A DNA stretch of 64,000 nt from Callorhinchus milii (taxonomy: Eukaryota), in assembly GCF_018977255.1 (NCBI RefSeq), contig NW_024704743.1:107324001-107388000 (forward strand), in the 5' to 3' direction. The notes beneath the pieces were generated by a model. It did not search any database and was not told the DNA's origin. It worked only from the letters and a program-made list of their open reading frames with translations. Numbering within the stretch: position 1 is the first letter of the stretch; each line of letters starts with the position of its first letter. This document shows, piece by piece, positions 38,806-51,624 of the stretch. A program made the translations under genes and the position numbers.

Positions 38806-39419
38806 ATTATGGCTACTTAGGCAAGGTACCAAAAGACAATAGAGAGCCATAGAATTGTGCCTTGAGCAGAAGTCAAAGTTCCTTTAACAAATTGGAGGGG
38901 AAAAGAAAAAAAAGATTTTTTAAAAATTCATAAAGTGTCATCCTTTGGGACCTGCACAGTACATATTGATTTCCCTTCTTCCTTTATTTTCATCTAAACA
39001 AAATCCATTTTCTCAAAATATCCAGCTCTCTCACACGAGATGGGCTGACTTGACTCCATCCACTACTTTTAGGGAATATTTAGGATTGCATTAATAAGTG
39101 CCGTATTAATCGTTCATTTGCATTTGAGAATTTCTTTCCTATTTGCAGGATTATTCACTTCTCCTCCCCCTTCTCAAAAAACACTTGTAAATTAGCTTTC
39201 TAAATGTTTCCTAAAAAACCCAATTGACTGTTAAATCCATTGTTGAGCACTGCAAGCAAACCTGTGCTGTTTGAATACCACCCTAAAGAGGTGATGTTCT
39301 GGGATTCATTGACTTTCGTGCACTTTGATGATGCACACGATTAATGATATTTCCCATTGTTTGTGCATATCAACAAGCAGCATTACCAAAAGGTTGATTT
39401 TTCATACCAGGCTGACCCT

Positions 39420-39685
39420 CTAATGCAGGTCTGAGGGTATGTGGCATTGTTAAAGATGCCTTCCATCAGATGAGATGTTAAATAGAGGTGCTATCTTCTT
39501 GTTCTGCTGATTGTTAAAGATCCCATGGCAAAACTCGAAAAGAGTAGGGAATTTCTCTTGATGTCCTGGTGAACAATTCCACAGATGAAATTTGCACAGT
39601 CACTACACTTTACAGTACATTCTGTGAAGCACTTGGAAATATCCGCCAAAACTGAAAGATGCTATACCAAATACAAGGATTATTA
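39420..39685 (+). mobile_element. Deu-domain SINE
   Basis: GATGAGATGTTAAATAGAGG...TAAAGATCCCATGGCA...GAAAAGAGTAGGGAATTTCTC...GTCCTGG. Confidence 0.8.
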
Positions 39686-40431
39686 AACCTGGAATTAAAT
39701 GAGATAGCCCCAAATCCAACTACTCATCCGTGGAATCCGGGTACTGGATATATATGGTGACCAGAGGAGCAAATTGCTTCCGCTTGTCCCTGATGTGCTT
39801 CATGTCAGTTTTCCTCTATTAGCCACCAATTGTGTGAATATACACTTTGTGCTCTATCAACTGGTGCTGATTGAAACATTGAACCTTACATAAAATACAC
39901 TAAGCACACAAAGAGCACCCAGATGTTCCCACTGTTCTAATATAAGGTGTACAAGAAGTTTGTGAACGAAATTCATGCGTCTCTGCCAACGTTCAGAATG
40001 CTATAATTCTGGCCATATAAATAACAGCTCACGTGGTAAGAGGTTTGCCTTAGCAGATTGTTATTGCACATTGTATTCTGTGCTTAACTTATCACTTCGT
40101 GCAGAAGCTTATTTGACTGTTGTTAGAGTCTAATGTGCTTGGAATACATGCACAGCACAGTATTTGCCCATCTTGGACATCTGTACCCATTTGAGCTTGG
40201 CTTTCAGGGCTGAGGGCATGATGGGGAGTTAAAATAAATAATCTACTCGTTAGCTGTTACTTGCTCATAACAGTACATATCACGCAGCATATGGTTGGGC
40301 GTTTCTTCCAGTGAGCTACTAAAAGTAACCCAACCTTTGCAGACAAACATTCTACCCACTTGATTTTAAAGAGCCCAGAATTGTCCCCATGGTATCATTT
40401 ACAAACTATGTAGTGATTCAAGTTACAAATC

Positions 40432-41374
40432 TGTAAAGATTATGCAATTAATGCTTTAGATATTATCTGAAAGTATAATTGCGATACTTAATGTTTTTAA
40501 GGCTTTAGAATTACAGTATGGACAACTAATCTCATAAGGCATGATGGGGTTGGTTGTCCCAAACGACTAGCTTAGCAGGGGTTAAAAGTATCTTTGCTGG
40601 AGCGGTTGAGGTCAGCTTCTGATTAATTTCATATTTTCCTGGGAAGATGTTCACTCCTCTGGAAACAAAAGAAAAGGCTACAGCCTCCCTCAGACACCTG
40701 CTTATCTCAAGGTCGAGAAGCATGCAGGTTGGAGAAGGTTGCCAAAGCAAAAGTTGCCCATCTCCCTTTCTCCCTATTAGTTCTTTTCTCATGAGAAACC
40801 AGTCTGCTCAAGGTCACCAAAAGCTTGAGGAGGGTGGGGGCTTACTCCAGTTTCTTTCAGAGTAAAAACTAGAGACAAAGAAACCATCTTGTAAAAGATG
40901 AAGTAGGTGAAAGGTCATCTACCAACTGGATAAAGAGAGAATGATTCGGGAAGAGAATCGGAAGGGACAGGGAGTTGGAACTTGGAGTCGCGAACCATAT
41001 TCCAGCTTCTAAAGAAGGAAAATCAAGACTAAAACTTAGACGACTGTTAGCAACTTTATCGATGCTCTCAAACAGGCAACAGTACAGCAGTACCTGGATA
41101 CCTTTGTTCATAACAGTACATTGCACCCACCACATGGTTGGGCAGGCAGCAGTACCTGAATACATGTTGGTGGACTTTAAATTTGACATTAAATTGGACA
41201 TTACTCCTCCATCTCTTCCACAACATTTGGTTCAGCCAATCGTAATCGTTGTGATCTGTTGTATTCTTTTAACTACCTATAACCATTACTAATTTGAATT
41301 AATAAACCTTGATTAATTGCACAAGATCTGTGTCACTCTTTACTTCACTGCAGGGTTAAAATGGACATCTTACA
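40432..41374 (+). mobile_element. Possible solo LTR
   Basis: Starts TGTAAAGAT and ends ATCTTACA (TG...CA short inverted termini); AATAAA at 41301-41306. No convincing target-site duplication. Confidence 0.3.
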
Positions 41375-43176
41375 GTCCCCTCCACACTGCCATTAATCAG
41401 TTTATTGAACAGCAAATATCCTTATTGCTTCAGACAATTTCCCACAGCTGTTCTTTACTTCTATGGATATACTGCTAACAATTATGGACGCCAATAACTC
41501 ATACATCAAACCTTTGTGGTCTGTGTTCTATAACATTCCTACTTCCTTATGAAATCATGTCTACAGAAGAGAGCTGAATTCACTTGCTGAATTGGTTTGG
41601 CCTCTCTTGAACAGTAAGCAATTAATTCATTCCATGTACAGAAATATTGGGACAGGAATGCACATAATTGTTTCATGTGCAATTGTTTAATAACAATAAT
41701 AATCCTTGCACTTGATATAGAACCTCATCATGTCTTTGAGATGTCTCAAAGTGCTTCACAGAATATACATAAAGTGAATTGACTGTATATTTTGTGGGAG
41801 AAATGCGGCAGCCAATTGCACACAGCAGTGTCCCACAAACAGTCATGGATTGAAGTGAACAATTTATTATTATTTTTTAAAAGATTATTACCACATGTCC
41901 ACATGTTCCAGTTGAACAGAGCTCAGCACATGTTCTTGCCAGATTGGATTATATCTAATCAGAAAGGAACGCTCCAGGTAGTCTATTTCAATCTGGAGAA
42001 AGCCTCACATGTGCTCTGGTACCGTTTTAAGACTCATGGTTCTGGATAATGAATAGAGTAATTGAATAACTCCTCCTCCAGCCCGGCTGAGTTAGGAACA
42101 TGATATTCAGTGGTAAAGATGCTTCACTACTTTAGACTCCTTCAGTAAAATGATTCGCTCCATGTTAGCCTGCATGAAGCTCATCTATACCATTCTTATT
42201 ATTTATCCCTCAGCAGGAAAACAATTTTAAACATCATTGGTATCATTTGAATTTGGTTATATTGTGTTCTTGATTATTCACCCAGTTTCCTGAATGACTC
42301 GCACAAGCTACCATAGAAAGAACTTGCATTTCAATTTTTTTTTCTGCAGGCTTTAAATACGATTTCAACAGACTAATTCAGAGCTATGAAAGGGTCTGGT
42401 GAAAGGGCAGGGCAATGGGATTAAAATGATCGGACAAAATCTGATGGCCTCCTCTTGTTCTCACATCTTTAAATTAGCCTCTTCTGTGGAACAGACTTCA
42501 TTCACTGAATGGCCTTCTTCTGTTCCGGGTTTACCTTTGTTTTTTCTGTTCTTGCTCAGTTTCCTCATCTTAAGAAAGGTTTCTAAGGGTCAGGAATTTC
42601 AGTCTCCTGTCCAATACATGGAGCAGACAGACATTGGCTCCATATCTCTAACTCTCCCCGTTTACGCACTCTGGGACGCTACCCTCATGGAGGGCGCTAT
42701 ATAAGTGCAAGTTATTGTTGTTTACACACGTCTGCATTGTTGCTAAAATTACCAACCACAGGAATTCAGGCCTTTTTCAACGTTGTGCCAATGGTGGAAA
42801 AGTAGTAGCAATCTCATTGAGCTCGTGTGAAGATTGATGAGCAAGTTTCGGAATCAGGAAACCAATACCACAGTCAAATCTTGGTACACAAATGTCACAT
42901 CTATCACAGTATTTCTGCTATCTTTAATGTGTTTCTCTCCCTCAGTGGGAGTTTACCATTCAAAACAGTTTGGTCAGCTTGGTATTGTTTTCCATGAGTC
43001 AAACAAATGTGGTTGTGCTGTATTGTTTTTAGATTTAATTAAATAATATGCTCAATAATTGATGTGTTCAGCAGCTAATCATTTTTGTAGAAATTCAATA
43101 ATTTTTAAATCATGCTACAATTACTTTTTTTGGCCTGGTGTCTGACACATGCGGAAACTGATGATTATGCTTAGAG

Positions 43177-43245
43177 CAGGGTGTTCCAAACTTTTGACAG
43201 CCAGGGGCAAGATTTGAGAAATGTCCGCGGACCGCATAAGCAATA
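43177..43245 (+). mobile_element. hAT-like DNA transposon terminus
   Basis: CAGGGTGTTCCAAACTTTTG...CCGCGGACCGCA preceded by GCTTAGAG, resembling Charlie-type hAT termini and their TAGA-containing 8-bp target. The partner end was not found. Confidence 0.45.
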
Positions 43246-45069
43246 TTTTTGTGTTTCCCTTCCAGAAAAATAGCCCATAAGAATCATATAGAAATCCTAG
43301 GCTTTTAAATTGTGTAACTGTATTACTTAATTTCACTATATTTTAGTTACAATGCAAACTTCAAATAGGCAATGTAATTTTTTTAAAACAAAAATACCCT
43401 TTTTTCAGTAAAGTGAAAGAAATAATTAAGTGAATTAAAATGCACATAATTTACTAGCCCTAACAATAATAATCTCAAACAGAAATATATGCATCAAGTT
43501 AATTTTTATGTATTAAAATCAAAATGCAAGATATCAACTCAGTATATGGAAGCCCCTACAGAGAATGCTCAACAACACCAAAACAGATTAATCTATAATT
43601 ACAAAACTAACAAAGGGACAAAATAAAGTTATATAACAATTCAAAATAATATCCGTAATAAACCAAACAGATTTGGATTGTATGAAAATTGCATATACTG
43701 TAATCAAAGTCCTTTACATAATATACATTCCTCAACAATAAGGATTGATTTATTTAACATTGGAGCAATGGACCTCTGCCATTGAAACTCAGCAAAAATC
43801 TCTTGGGAGAGTGAAGGAGAAACTGAGTGAAAAAATAGTGAGAGACACAAAGCGTACTCCCTGGGTTGAGCACCACAAACCGAAATCTTAACCTCAAAGT
43901 GCAAATTCCCCCAATAACATTCCATCCTCCAGGACAGCGATAATCCCAGGGTTAGACACTGACCACATGGACATAGAGAATACTGACTCACCAGTGGACA
44001 CCTGGAGATGTCGAGATTCATGCCAGTGAAAAAGAGAATTCCAGCCCAGGCTTTGAACATTCTCTTGCCCTCCCTCTCCCCAAAAAACAGCCCATCAGTG
44101 AAGGCTGATAACTGCTGCCTTCCATTGACAGACTTTAGCTCCAAAATGGATCTTGAACAACAACAAATTAACAACAAATTACAATTGTACAGTGTCTTTC
44201 ACGTTGGGAGGACGTCCCAATGTGCTGAACCCACAAACCTTCTGACTCAGAGACAAGAGTGCTGCCAACTGAGCTAGGCTGACATATACATTAGGGCTCA
44301 CTTTTATGCTAACCTCTAAAAGTAGTGATATATTTGCTACATTCTTGGACACTTTTATAGAAAGGCAGCAAAAAAAATTGTTTTATTTAGAGATCAGTAA
44401 CATAACCATCCAAAATGCTTCTTGGTTCACTTCATATTTTGAACAGCTCTTCAACACTTTTGTATAACTCTGTTACAATATGGTCCAACACGCACTGTTC
44501 AACAATACGAGTGAATAGTTTGTTCACGTTCATAAGTGGTGAGTGTTGATGTCAACTACTTCTATTCAGAAATCTAGGCGAACATTTTGATTTCATGCTT
44601 TAATTTTTAGGGGTAATACAATGTACAGAGCAGCAACTGGAGAGAAGCTCAGTGGAAGTATTTTATTACAGTGTTATTTTGCTTCAGTGCTGTGTGGTTG
44701 CAAATTCAAGTCCAGGCAAAAGCTGTGGTCAGATTTAGAAAAAAATACAGAGTTTCTCAGCCAATTGTTCAGTGGGAAGGTTTTGCTGTGGTTTAACTGA
44801 TCACCCATATTGAATTCCACATCAGCAATCGTTTCAGAAGAACTTTATTGGTTAACCCCAAATGGCTAAAGCTTCCAGGAATCTGTAGAGAAACAAATGC
44901 CTATACACAGCCTATTCCATTCCTTCAGTGGAGCTAGGTGGTGAGCACGTGCATGTATTTTTCCATGTATTGTAGGCTGAGGAGCTTGTATGTCTGACAG
45001 TACTTTGTGAATTATTGGTAAAAATCTATGGTATGTTTAAAGGTACAGACCTAAGCAATGCGTGTTAAA

Positions 45070-45420
45070 TAATAAAAGTCCTTACATTTTGTATAGTGCC
45101 TTTCACGAGAGGAGGACGTCTCAAAGCGTTTCACTGGATATATTGTAATGTATAGTCACTGTGTGTTTTGTGGACGAACGTGGCAGCCAATTTGTGCACA
45201 TCAATGGCTCACTGCAGCCATGGATTGAGGAACCAATTTTAATTGCGGGATTGTTGGCCAGGACACCTTCAAATAATGACATGGGATCTTTAATGGCCAC
45301 CTGAACAGGCAGACAGGACCTTGGTTTAACATCTCGTCCAAAGGATGGCACCTCTGACAGTGCAGCACACACCCAGCACTACATTGGAGTGTCAACTTAG
45401 ACAATATGAATTCCAAGTGC
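45070..45420 (-). mobile_element. Deu-domain SINE, best-preserved copy; another at 45770-46015 (+)
   Basis: Reverse complement reads GTGCTGCACTGTCAGAGGTGCCATCCTTTGGACGAGATGTTAAACCAAGGTCCTGTCTGCCTGTTCAGGTGGCCATTAAAGATCCCATG. Confidence 0.88.
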
Positions 45421-47173
45421 TAACATGGGAATAGGGTCGATCTAGAAATTCTAGTGACCCAAGATATTAGAGAATCAACTAACATTTATTTCTTCAGAAG
45501 AGGTGGCATTTTGTATTTTGTGGGTGGGATAGTTCTCGTTCATTTTCCACCTACGTGCATTAGTCATTTCAGTGCTGGTTTACTGACATTTGGAAAATGA
45601 AATAGAGATTGAAGTCACAAAGACTCATTTAGTTTGAGTATGGTTTGAGGCTAGTTCCTATTTTTGACATGGTTTTAAAATTGTGCCAAGAGCTCCCCTC
45701 CATGGTTTCAGTGTAATGACTGAGCCCACACTCCGATACTGATCCCAGAGATTGGCATTTAGTGCGGTTAGGAAAACATTGGATGAAATGTTAACTCGGG
45801 TTATGTCTGCCTGTTCAGGTGAACATTAAAGAACCCGTAGCATTACTCGAAAAGAAAAGGGAATTTCTCCCGGTGTCCTGGTCAACAATCCCCCAAATAA
45901 GGTTAATCTTTCATTTCATGAGTGTGCAAATTTGCTGCCGTGTTCACCTATAAAATACACAGCCAATTCTGTGAAGGGCTTTGAGACATCCTCCTAATGT
46001 GAAAGGCACTATATAATAATAATACTCCTTGCTTTTGATATAGCACCTTATCAGGTCTTCAAGACATCGCAGAGCACTTCACAGAATCTACTGTAAATTG
46101 AATTGACTGTATATGTTGTGGGTGAAATATACAATATTGAAATGTATCAAATGTTAGGTTTTTTTAAAATTAAGAATAGAAATATTGACTTAATTTCAAC
46201 ACATATGCATTTATATCATGCCTTTCATCTTGGAGTGTTCAAATGCAAATGCTGCTTCCAAGGTTCAAACCAAGTCTGGTTGCTACCTGATATCCAAGAT
46301 GGCGACAATTTATTTGCAAAGGGCAAAACAACAAAAGTATTGTGCAGAAGTTAGGGAGAAGTATTTAGTTTAGAAATGACTGAAAATAAGTGGCATTTAA
46401 TTATCACATTGACTCTGTTATGAAATATTGCAAATTTCACTCCTAAGTTTCATAGTATTTGGCTTTACACAAAAGTGAACACTTTCCTGTATTCATTGAC
46501 TTTCACCCCCTCTGCAGAACCTTTAAGATTAAAGCATTTTCAGTTTCCATGAAACCTTTTAACGGCTGTGAGCTCCTCCCTTTCCTGTTCCCCGCACCCC
46601 AGCTGGTCGAATGCTATCTTTTCTTGAATTGTCTCCTTAACATCAATATTTCCTGACCTTCTGCCATGCCCATGTTATTTGCTCCCAGGATTGCTCCCTG
46701 AAGTGTTCACCAGAGGAGCGCATAGCCATGTCAAAAGATCATTGCACTCTTAAACAGCTTTTCTTGTACAATAAGGACCATATCCGCCTCAGCAAAAAGT
46801 GCCGTTCTGGGCTTTCTACATTTTTCAATCAAAAAGTCTCTATTTAATAGAAGTGCCACATTTACACATGAGGCAGTAGATGAAAGTGCTCATTGGCAAA
46901 TACCTTTTTGAAAGGTCTTAGCACCCACCAACTGGAAAACCTTGATATGCATGTTTCTGCTCTTTTGACCCTGCTGTCAAATAGCATTTATCCATGATGT
47001 GGTGTCAATGTCAAGTGATAAATTTAATATTGCATCTAAACCCGAGATTATACATCCTATTAGAAACAAAATATTAGAAATTATCACATTATTAGAAACA
47101 AAATATCCCATTCTTTTCAGCAGAACTGCGACTATACGAATAAATACTCACTGGTTTAGTGATTTAACTGAAT

Positions 47174-47838
47174 TATAGGAGCACAGGAACAGGAGGAGGC
47201 CATTCAGCCCTTCAAGCCTGTTCTGCCATTTAATGAAATCATGGCTGATCTGTACCTCAAGTAATCGTTTCAGTTCCAATTTCCCGCTTTCTCCCCATAT
47301 CCCTTAACACCCTGACCTACCATAATCTATCAGCCTCACTCTTGAAGTGGATGGATCCAGCATTCATGGCCTTTTAAGGGAGAGAATTCCAGATTTCTAC
47401 CACCCTTTGAGTGAAAAAATGCTTCCTGATTTCCTTAAAAGGCCTAATTCTAATTTTAAGACTATGCCCCCTTGTTTTGGATTCCCCCACCAGAGGAAAT
47501 AGCTTCTCTGTATCTACCCTATCATATCCCTTTATCATCTTAACAACCTCAATCAAATCACCCCTCAACCTTCTAAACTCAAGGGAATGCAATCCAAGTT
47601 TAAGCAGTCTTTCCTAGTAACTTAGCCCTTTAAGGCCTGGTAACATTCTGGTGAACCTGCGCTGCACCCACTCCAGGGCCAATATATCTTTCCTGAGGTG
47701 TGGTGCCCAAAACTGAATGCAGTACTGCAGATGGGGTCTGACTAATTCTCTATAAAGCTGAAGCATCATTTCTTCCTCTTTGTATTCCAGACCCCTTGAG
47801 ATAAAGGCCAACATTCCATTCGCCTTTTTGATTACTTA
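47174..47838 (-). mobile_element. CR1 LINE 3' end
   Basis: LYRELVRPHLQYCIQFWAP...VQRRFTRM; SLE.RRLRGDLIEV.K...KTRGHSLK...FFTQRVVEIWNSLP. Confidence 0.93.
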
Positions 47839-49359
47839 TTATTCTCTGCTTAAAGATACCCAGAAAACAACCAATTATTCAGTCATATTGACCTTCATCC
47901 ATGTGGAGATAGAACTCCATATCAACAAAACCATAACTGATGCTTTATTTGGGTTTGGACTTCTAGAGAATAAGGAAATGTTTATTTGTCTAGATTCTTA
48001 ACAGAGTTTACATCACTGTTTAAACAACATAAACTATTCCTGTACTGGAGATAGTGGGTTTTAAATGTTATACTTAAGGTTACTTTAGTGAATTCTATTT
48101 AATAATGTGGGGTAATAATACCTTAAAAAAAGTGGTCATTCAATCCACAATTGTTTGTGGGACACTGCTCTGCGCAATTGACTGCCGCGTTTCGCCCACA
48201 AAATATATACAGTCAATTCACTGTACAGTATATTCTGTGAAGTGCTTTGAGATGTCTTGAAGACGTGATTAGGTGCTGTATCAAATGCAATCATTATTAT
48301 TCAATATTTTACACAGTCTTCCAATAACATTGTTTTTAAAGTGAAAGCAACTGGGCCTTTACCTACAAAATGTTTAGAATGTAAGAATACACATAAATCC
48401 CCATTCAAACAGAAACAGACTTGAAAATGTCTAAAACCAAGATTTGGGATCAAACACTCAGCATTGCTTATCTGAGAGAAATCCTTATGGTGGCAAATGG
48501 CAAAAAATATTTTTTCAAGCATTCAATCTTTTTTCAGAAGATTACATAATCTTGGCAAAATGTGATAGCTGGTGCGAGTTCCAAACAGGGAGTAGATGCA
48601 GGCACGTAATGTCCTTAGTCAAGGTCAAGCATGAGCTCAGCATGCATTGTTTACAGTCAGATAGCAGCATGTCTCTGTCAGAGAGCAGTGTGTGGCTCAC
48701 AAGTAAAGCCTGTGTGTGGGACTGTGTTTGGGAATGGAACATCTTCTGGGGAATGTCGCACTATGATTATAAATGAGAAGAGTTTGCGGAGAGGAAGAGG
48801 ACCGTGGAGCCTGAATGCCAAGTCAAAGAGAGGTGGATCCAACAGGTAGCTTTACCTATAGAAAATACCAGCCTTAATTTGTAATACGCTTTCAGCACAG
48901 AGCAGGAAAATTCCCCTTGGTAAGATTGCTTTCCAGATGGAAAGTTCAGCAATTTGGTGATCTCTGATCTTCAGTTACTTTTTACCATTCTATTTTCACT
49001 GTCTATGGTTCATTTTTTTAACACGCATATTTATTAACGCTTATTTGTTACACTTATGGAATTAATGTTTTCCAATGAAGGTTTAATCAGCAACTTTTCA
49101 TGAATAAGAATTTAGTTTAGGCAAATGAAAATTGTCATTTGGTGATTTAGGACAGATGTCACTCCGCGTTATTAAAACACAGACAGAACAAGAGTCTATC
49201 TTTGATCTGATAAATAATAAGAAATTAACAGGTGAATCAGAATTGAAGGTAACAAAAGCCCTGAGGACACATGATTCATGTCTTCAGATGTTAGTAGAGA
49301 TCTCCAGTCTGGTATCTCAGATGCAATATACTCAGCAATGATGACTGGCTATAAAAATA

Positions 49360-50857
49360 TGATAATTCATATTAAAATGGATTAAAAGAGATTTTGATCT
49401 GCATGTCTTGCTTGACAATCTAATAGAGTTTTCTGATGAAAAAAATGAAAAAATAGGTGGGTAACGCTGCAGATGTGGTATATATGGATTTTCAGAAGGA
49501 TTTTCAAGAGAATGCCATATAATAATAATAATAATCCTTGCATTTGATACAGTGCTTTCACGTCTTCTAGATGTCTCAAAGCGCTTCACAGAATAGACTG
49601 TAACGTGAATTGACTGTTTATTTGTGGGTGAAATGCGGCAGCCAGTTGTGCACAAGTGTCCCACAAACAGTCGTGGATTGAAATGACCAATTTTGTTTTG
49701 AGGGATTATTATCAGGTGTTTGGAGTAAGGAAACTTGCCCAAGGTTTCACCCTGCCGGGAATCGAACCCAGGTCTCTCGCTTGCAAAGCGAGTGCTCTAA
49801 CCACTGAGCTATAGGACTCCACTGTATAGAAGGCTTGTTAAAAAAAAAGGGCACAGAGAAGTACCAGCATGGATAGAAAGTTGGTTAGAGGCTAAGAAAA
49901 CAAGGGTGGGAGTACCTTGCTATTCACAATAGAAAGGTGTAAATAGTAGTGTCCCCAAGGGTACAGAGTAAGAACCACAGCCTTTCTCCATTTATACAGA
50001 TGATCTGGATTCTCGTATAAGAGGCACAATTTCTATCTTTGCAAATGACTCAAAAATAGGAAGTGTGGCTAAAATGAAGAATATTATGCGAGACTTCAGC
50101 GGGACATAAACAGATTGGTTGATTGGGCAGAAAAATGGCAAATTAAATTTAAAGCAGACAGATGTGATGGTACACGTTGTGGGAGGAAGAATAAGGATAA
50201 CAAGAAAATGTTGTGTGGTATAATACTAAAGGCAGTGGAAAAGCAAAGGTACTTGGGGATTAATACACATAATTCCTTACAAATGGGAAGGCAGGTGGAC
50301 AAAGCTGTCAAAACAGCTGATTAAATCTTAGGGTTTATAAATAGGGCTATGGAATGATAAAAGCAAGGAGGTAATGGTTGACTCATATAAATTATTAGTT
50401 AGACTGTAGGTTAGTTTGCAGTAATGGTCACCCCATTTTAGGAAACATGTCAAGGCAATAGAGTAGTACAGTGAGGATTTACTAAGATGATAGTGGGGAT
50501 GAACAGTTTGACTTATGACAGAGACTGGAGGAACTGGGACTATTTCCCCTGGAACAAAAANGGTTAAGGTATGACCTGATAGCGATCTTTAAAATTATGA
50601 GGGGTTTTGATCGAGTCAACAGGGACAAATTATTGCCACTAGTCATTGAAGAGAACATCAATTAAGGATAGTTAGTAAATTAGTAAATAAGGGGGTGGGG
50701 GGGGAATAAGAATTATATTCACACACAGAATAGTTAGATTACAGAATGCCTTGCTAGGAGCAATGTTTGAGGCAGAATCCATATTGGCCTTTAAGAGGGA
50801 ATTCATTAGATACTCTTAAAAAGAGTCAGCTCAAGGTATGGAGAAAGGGCAGGTAAA
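49360..50857 (+). mobile_element. Decayed CR1 LINE (RT to 3' end) with a nested SINE
   Basis: SCL.NLIEF, YMDFQK.F, VPKG, FAND.K, DWAEKWQIKF motifs, with many stops and frameshifts. Confidence 0.88.
49519..49822 (-). mobile_element. Full-length SINE nested in the CR1
   Basis: Complete head, body and tail; the CR1 sequence resumes on both sides. Confidence 0.92.
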
Positions 50858-51484
50858 TGTGCTTCCTTGGTCATATGTGCATTGAAATTAAAGTACTCCC
50901 ATCAATAAAACAAACAATTATGTCACTGAAAAATGTACTCAATATCAATGAAAAAGCCCAAAAGATTACAAAACCAACAATGGGATTTAACTGTGCAGAC
51001 ATTTTGTATACCACAGCCAACTACAGCAATGTGTTACTGGCAACTGCTAGTGTTATTATTGTCTGAAATATTCTAAGACATGTAAGAATGTTGCAGTTGC
51101 TCCATGCAAATGCATAGTGCAGTGAGGACATTTCTGTTATCCCTGCAGTAACATTTTATTACTGCAGGGATAACAGAACTACAGTAAATACATGAATTCA
51201 TTCTTAAAGTGGGGGGGTTCATCCCCACTAATAGTAAAACTATCAACCTCAGCGTTGTTCACATATTATTTGCCTTTAGGTTTAGCAACCTTAACATCTT
51301 ACATTCAGTCCCATTTCAAGAAACATTAGCATTGTGGTCATACTTAACATCAAGCAAAACATAACATAAACATCTATAGCATTACAGTTAAGCAAAAAAT
51401 GACCCTCCCCAGATCTGCAATGATCTGGGTGGGATCTGGTGAAGGCAAATTTACTTTCATTTGCTATTGAAGCAGCAATATATG

Positions 51485-51624
51485 AAACAAAATGCAAAAT
51501 ACTGCAGATGCTGGAAATCTGAAACAAAAATAGAAGTCGCTGGGAACGCTCAGCAGGTCAGGCAGCATCTATGGAGAAAGGAAAGTAAGTCAACGTTTCG
51601 AGTCCATGACCCTTCGTCAGAACC
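51485..51624 (-). mobile_element. Short Penelope-like element terminal repeat
   Basis: AAATACTGCAGATGCTGGAAATCTGAAAC...CTCAGCAGGTCAGGCAGCATCT...AACGTTTCG...CCCTTCGTCAG matches my recollection of a common shark Penelope-type repeat end, and carries a hammerhead motif. Confidence 0.65.
51588..51624 (-). ncRNA. Minimal type-I hammerhead ribozyme motif
   Basis: Minus strand: GGUU CUGACGA A GGGUC AUG GACUC GAAAC GUU GACU. Contains the CUGANGA and GAAA core, a 5-bp stem II, a loopless palindromic stem III (ACGU), a GUH triplet and a short stem I. Confidence 0.75.

Noticed and set aside
43704..44177. 157-aa ORF
   Set aside because: No recognisable protein motif and no exon context.
51164..51178. 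Resemblance of CAGGGATAACAG to the I-SceI site
   Set aside because: Only part of the 18-bp site matches; no sign of engineered sequence.
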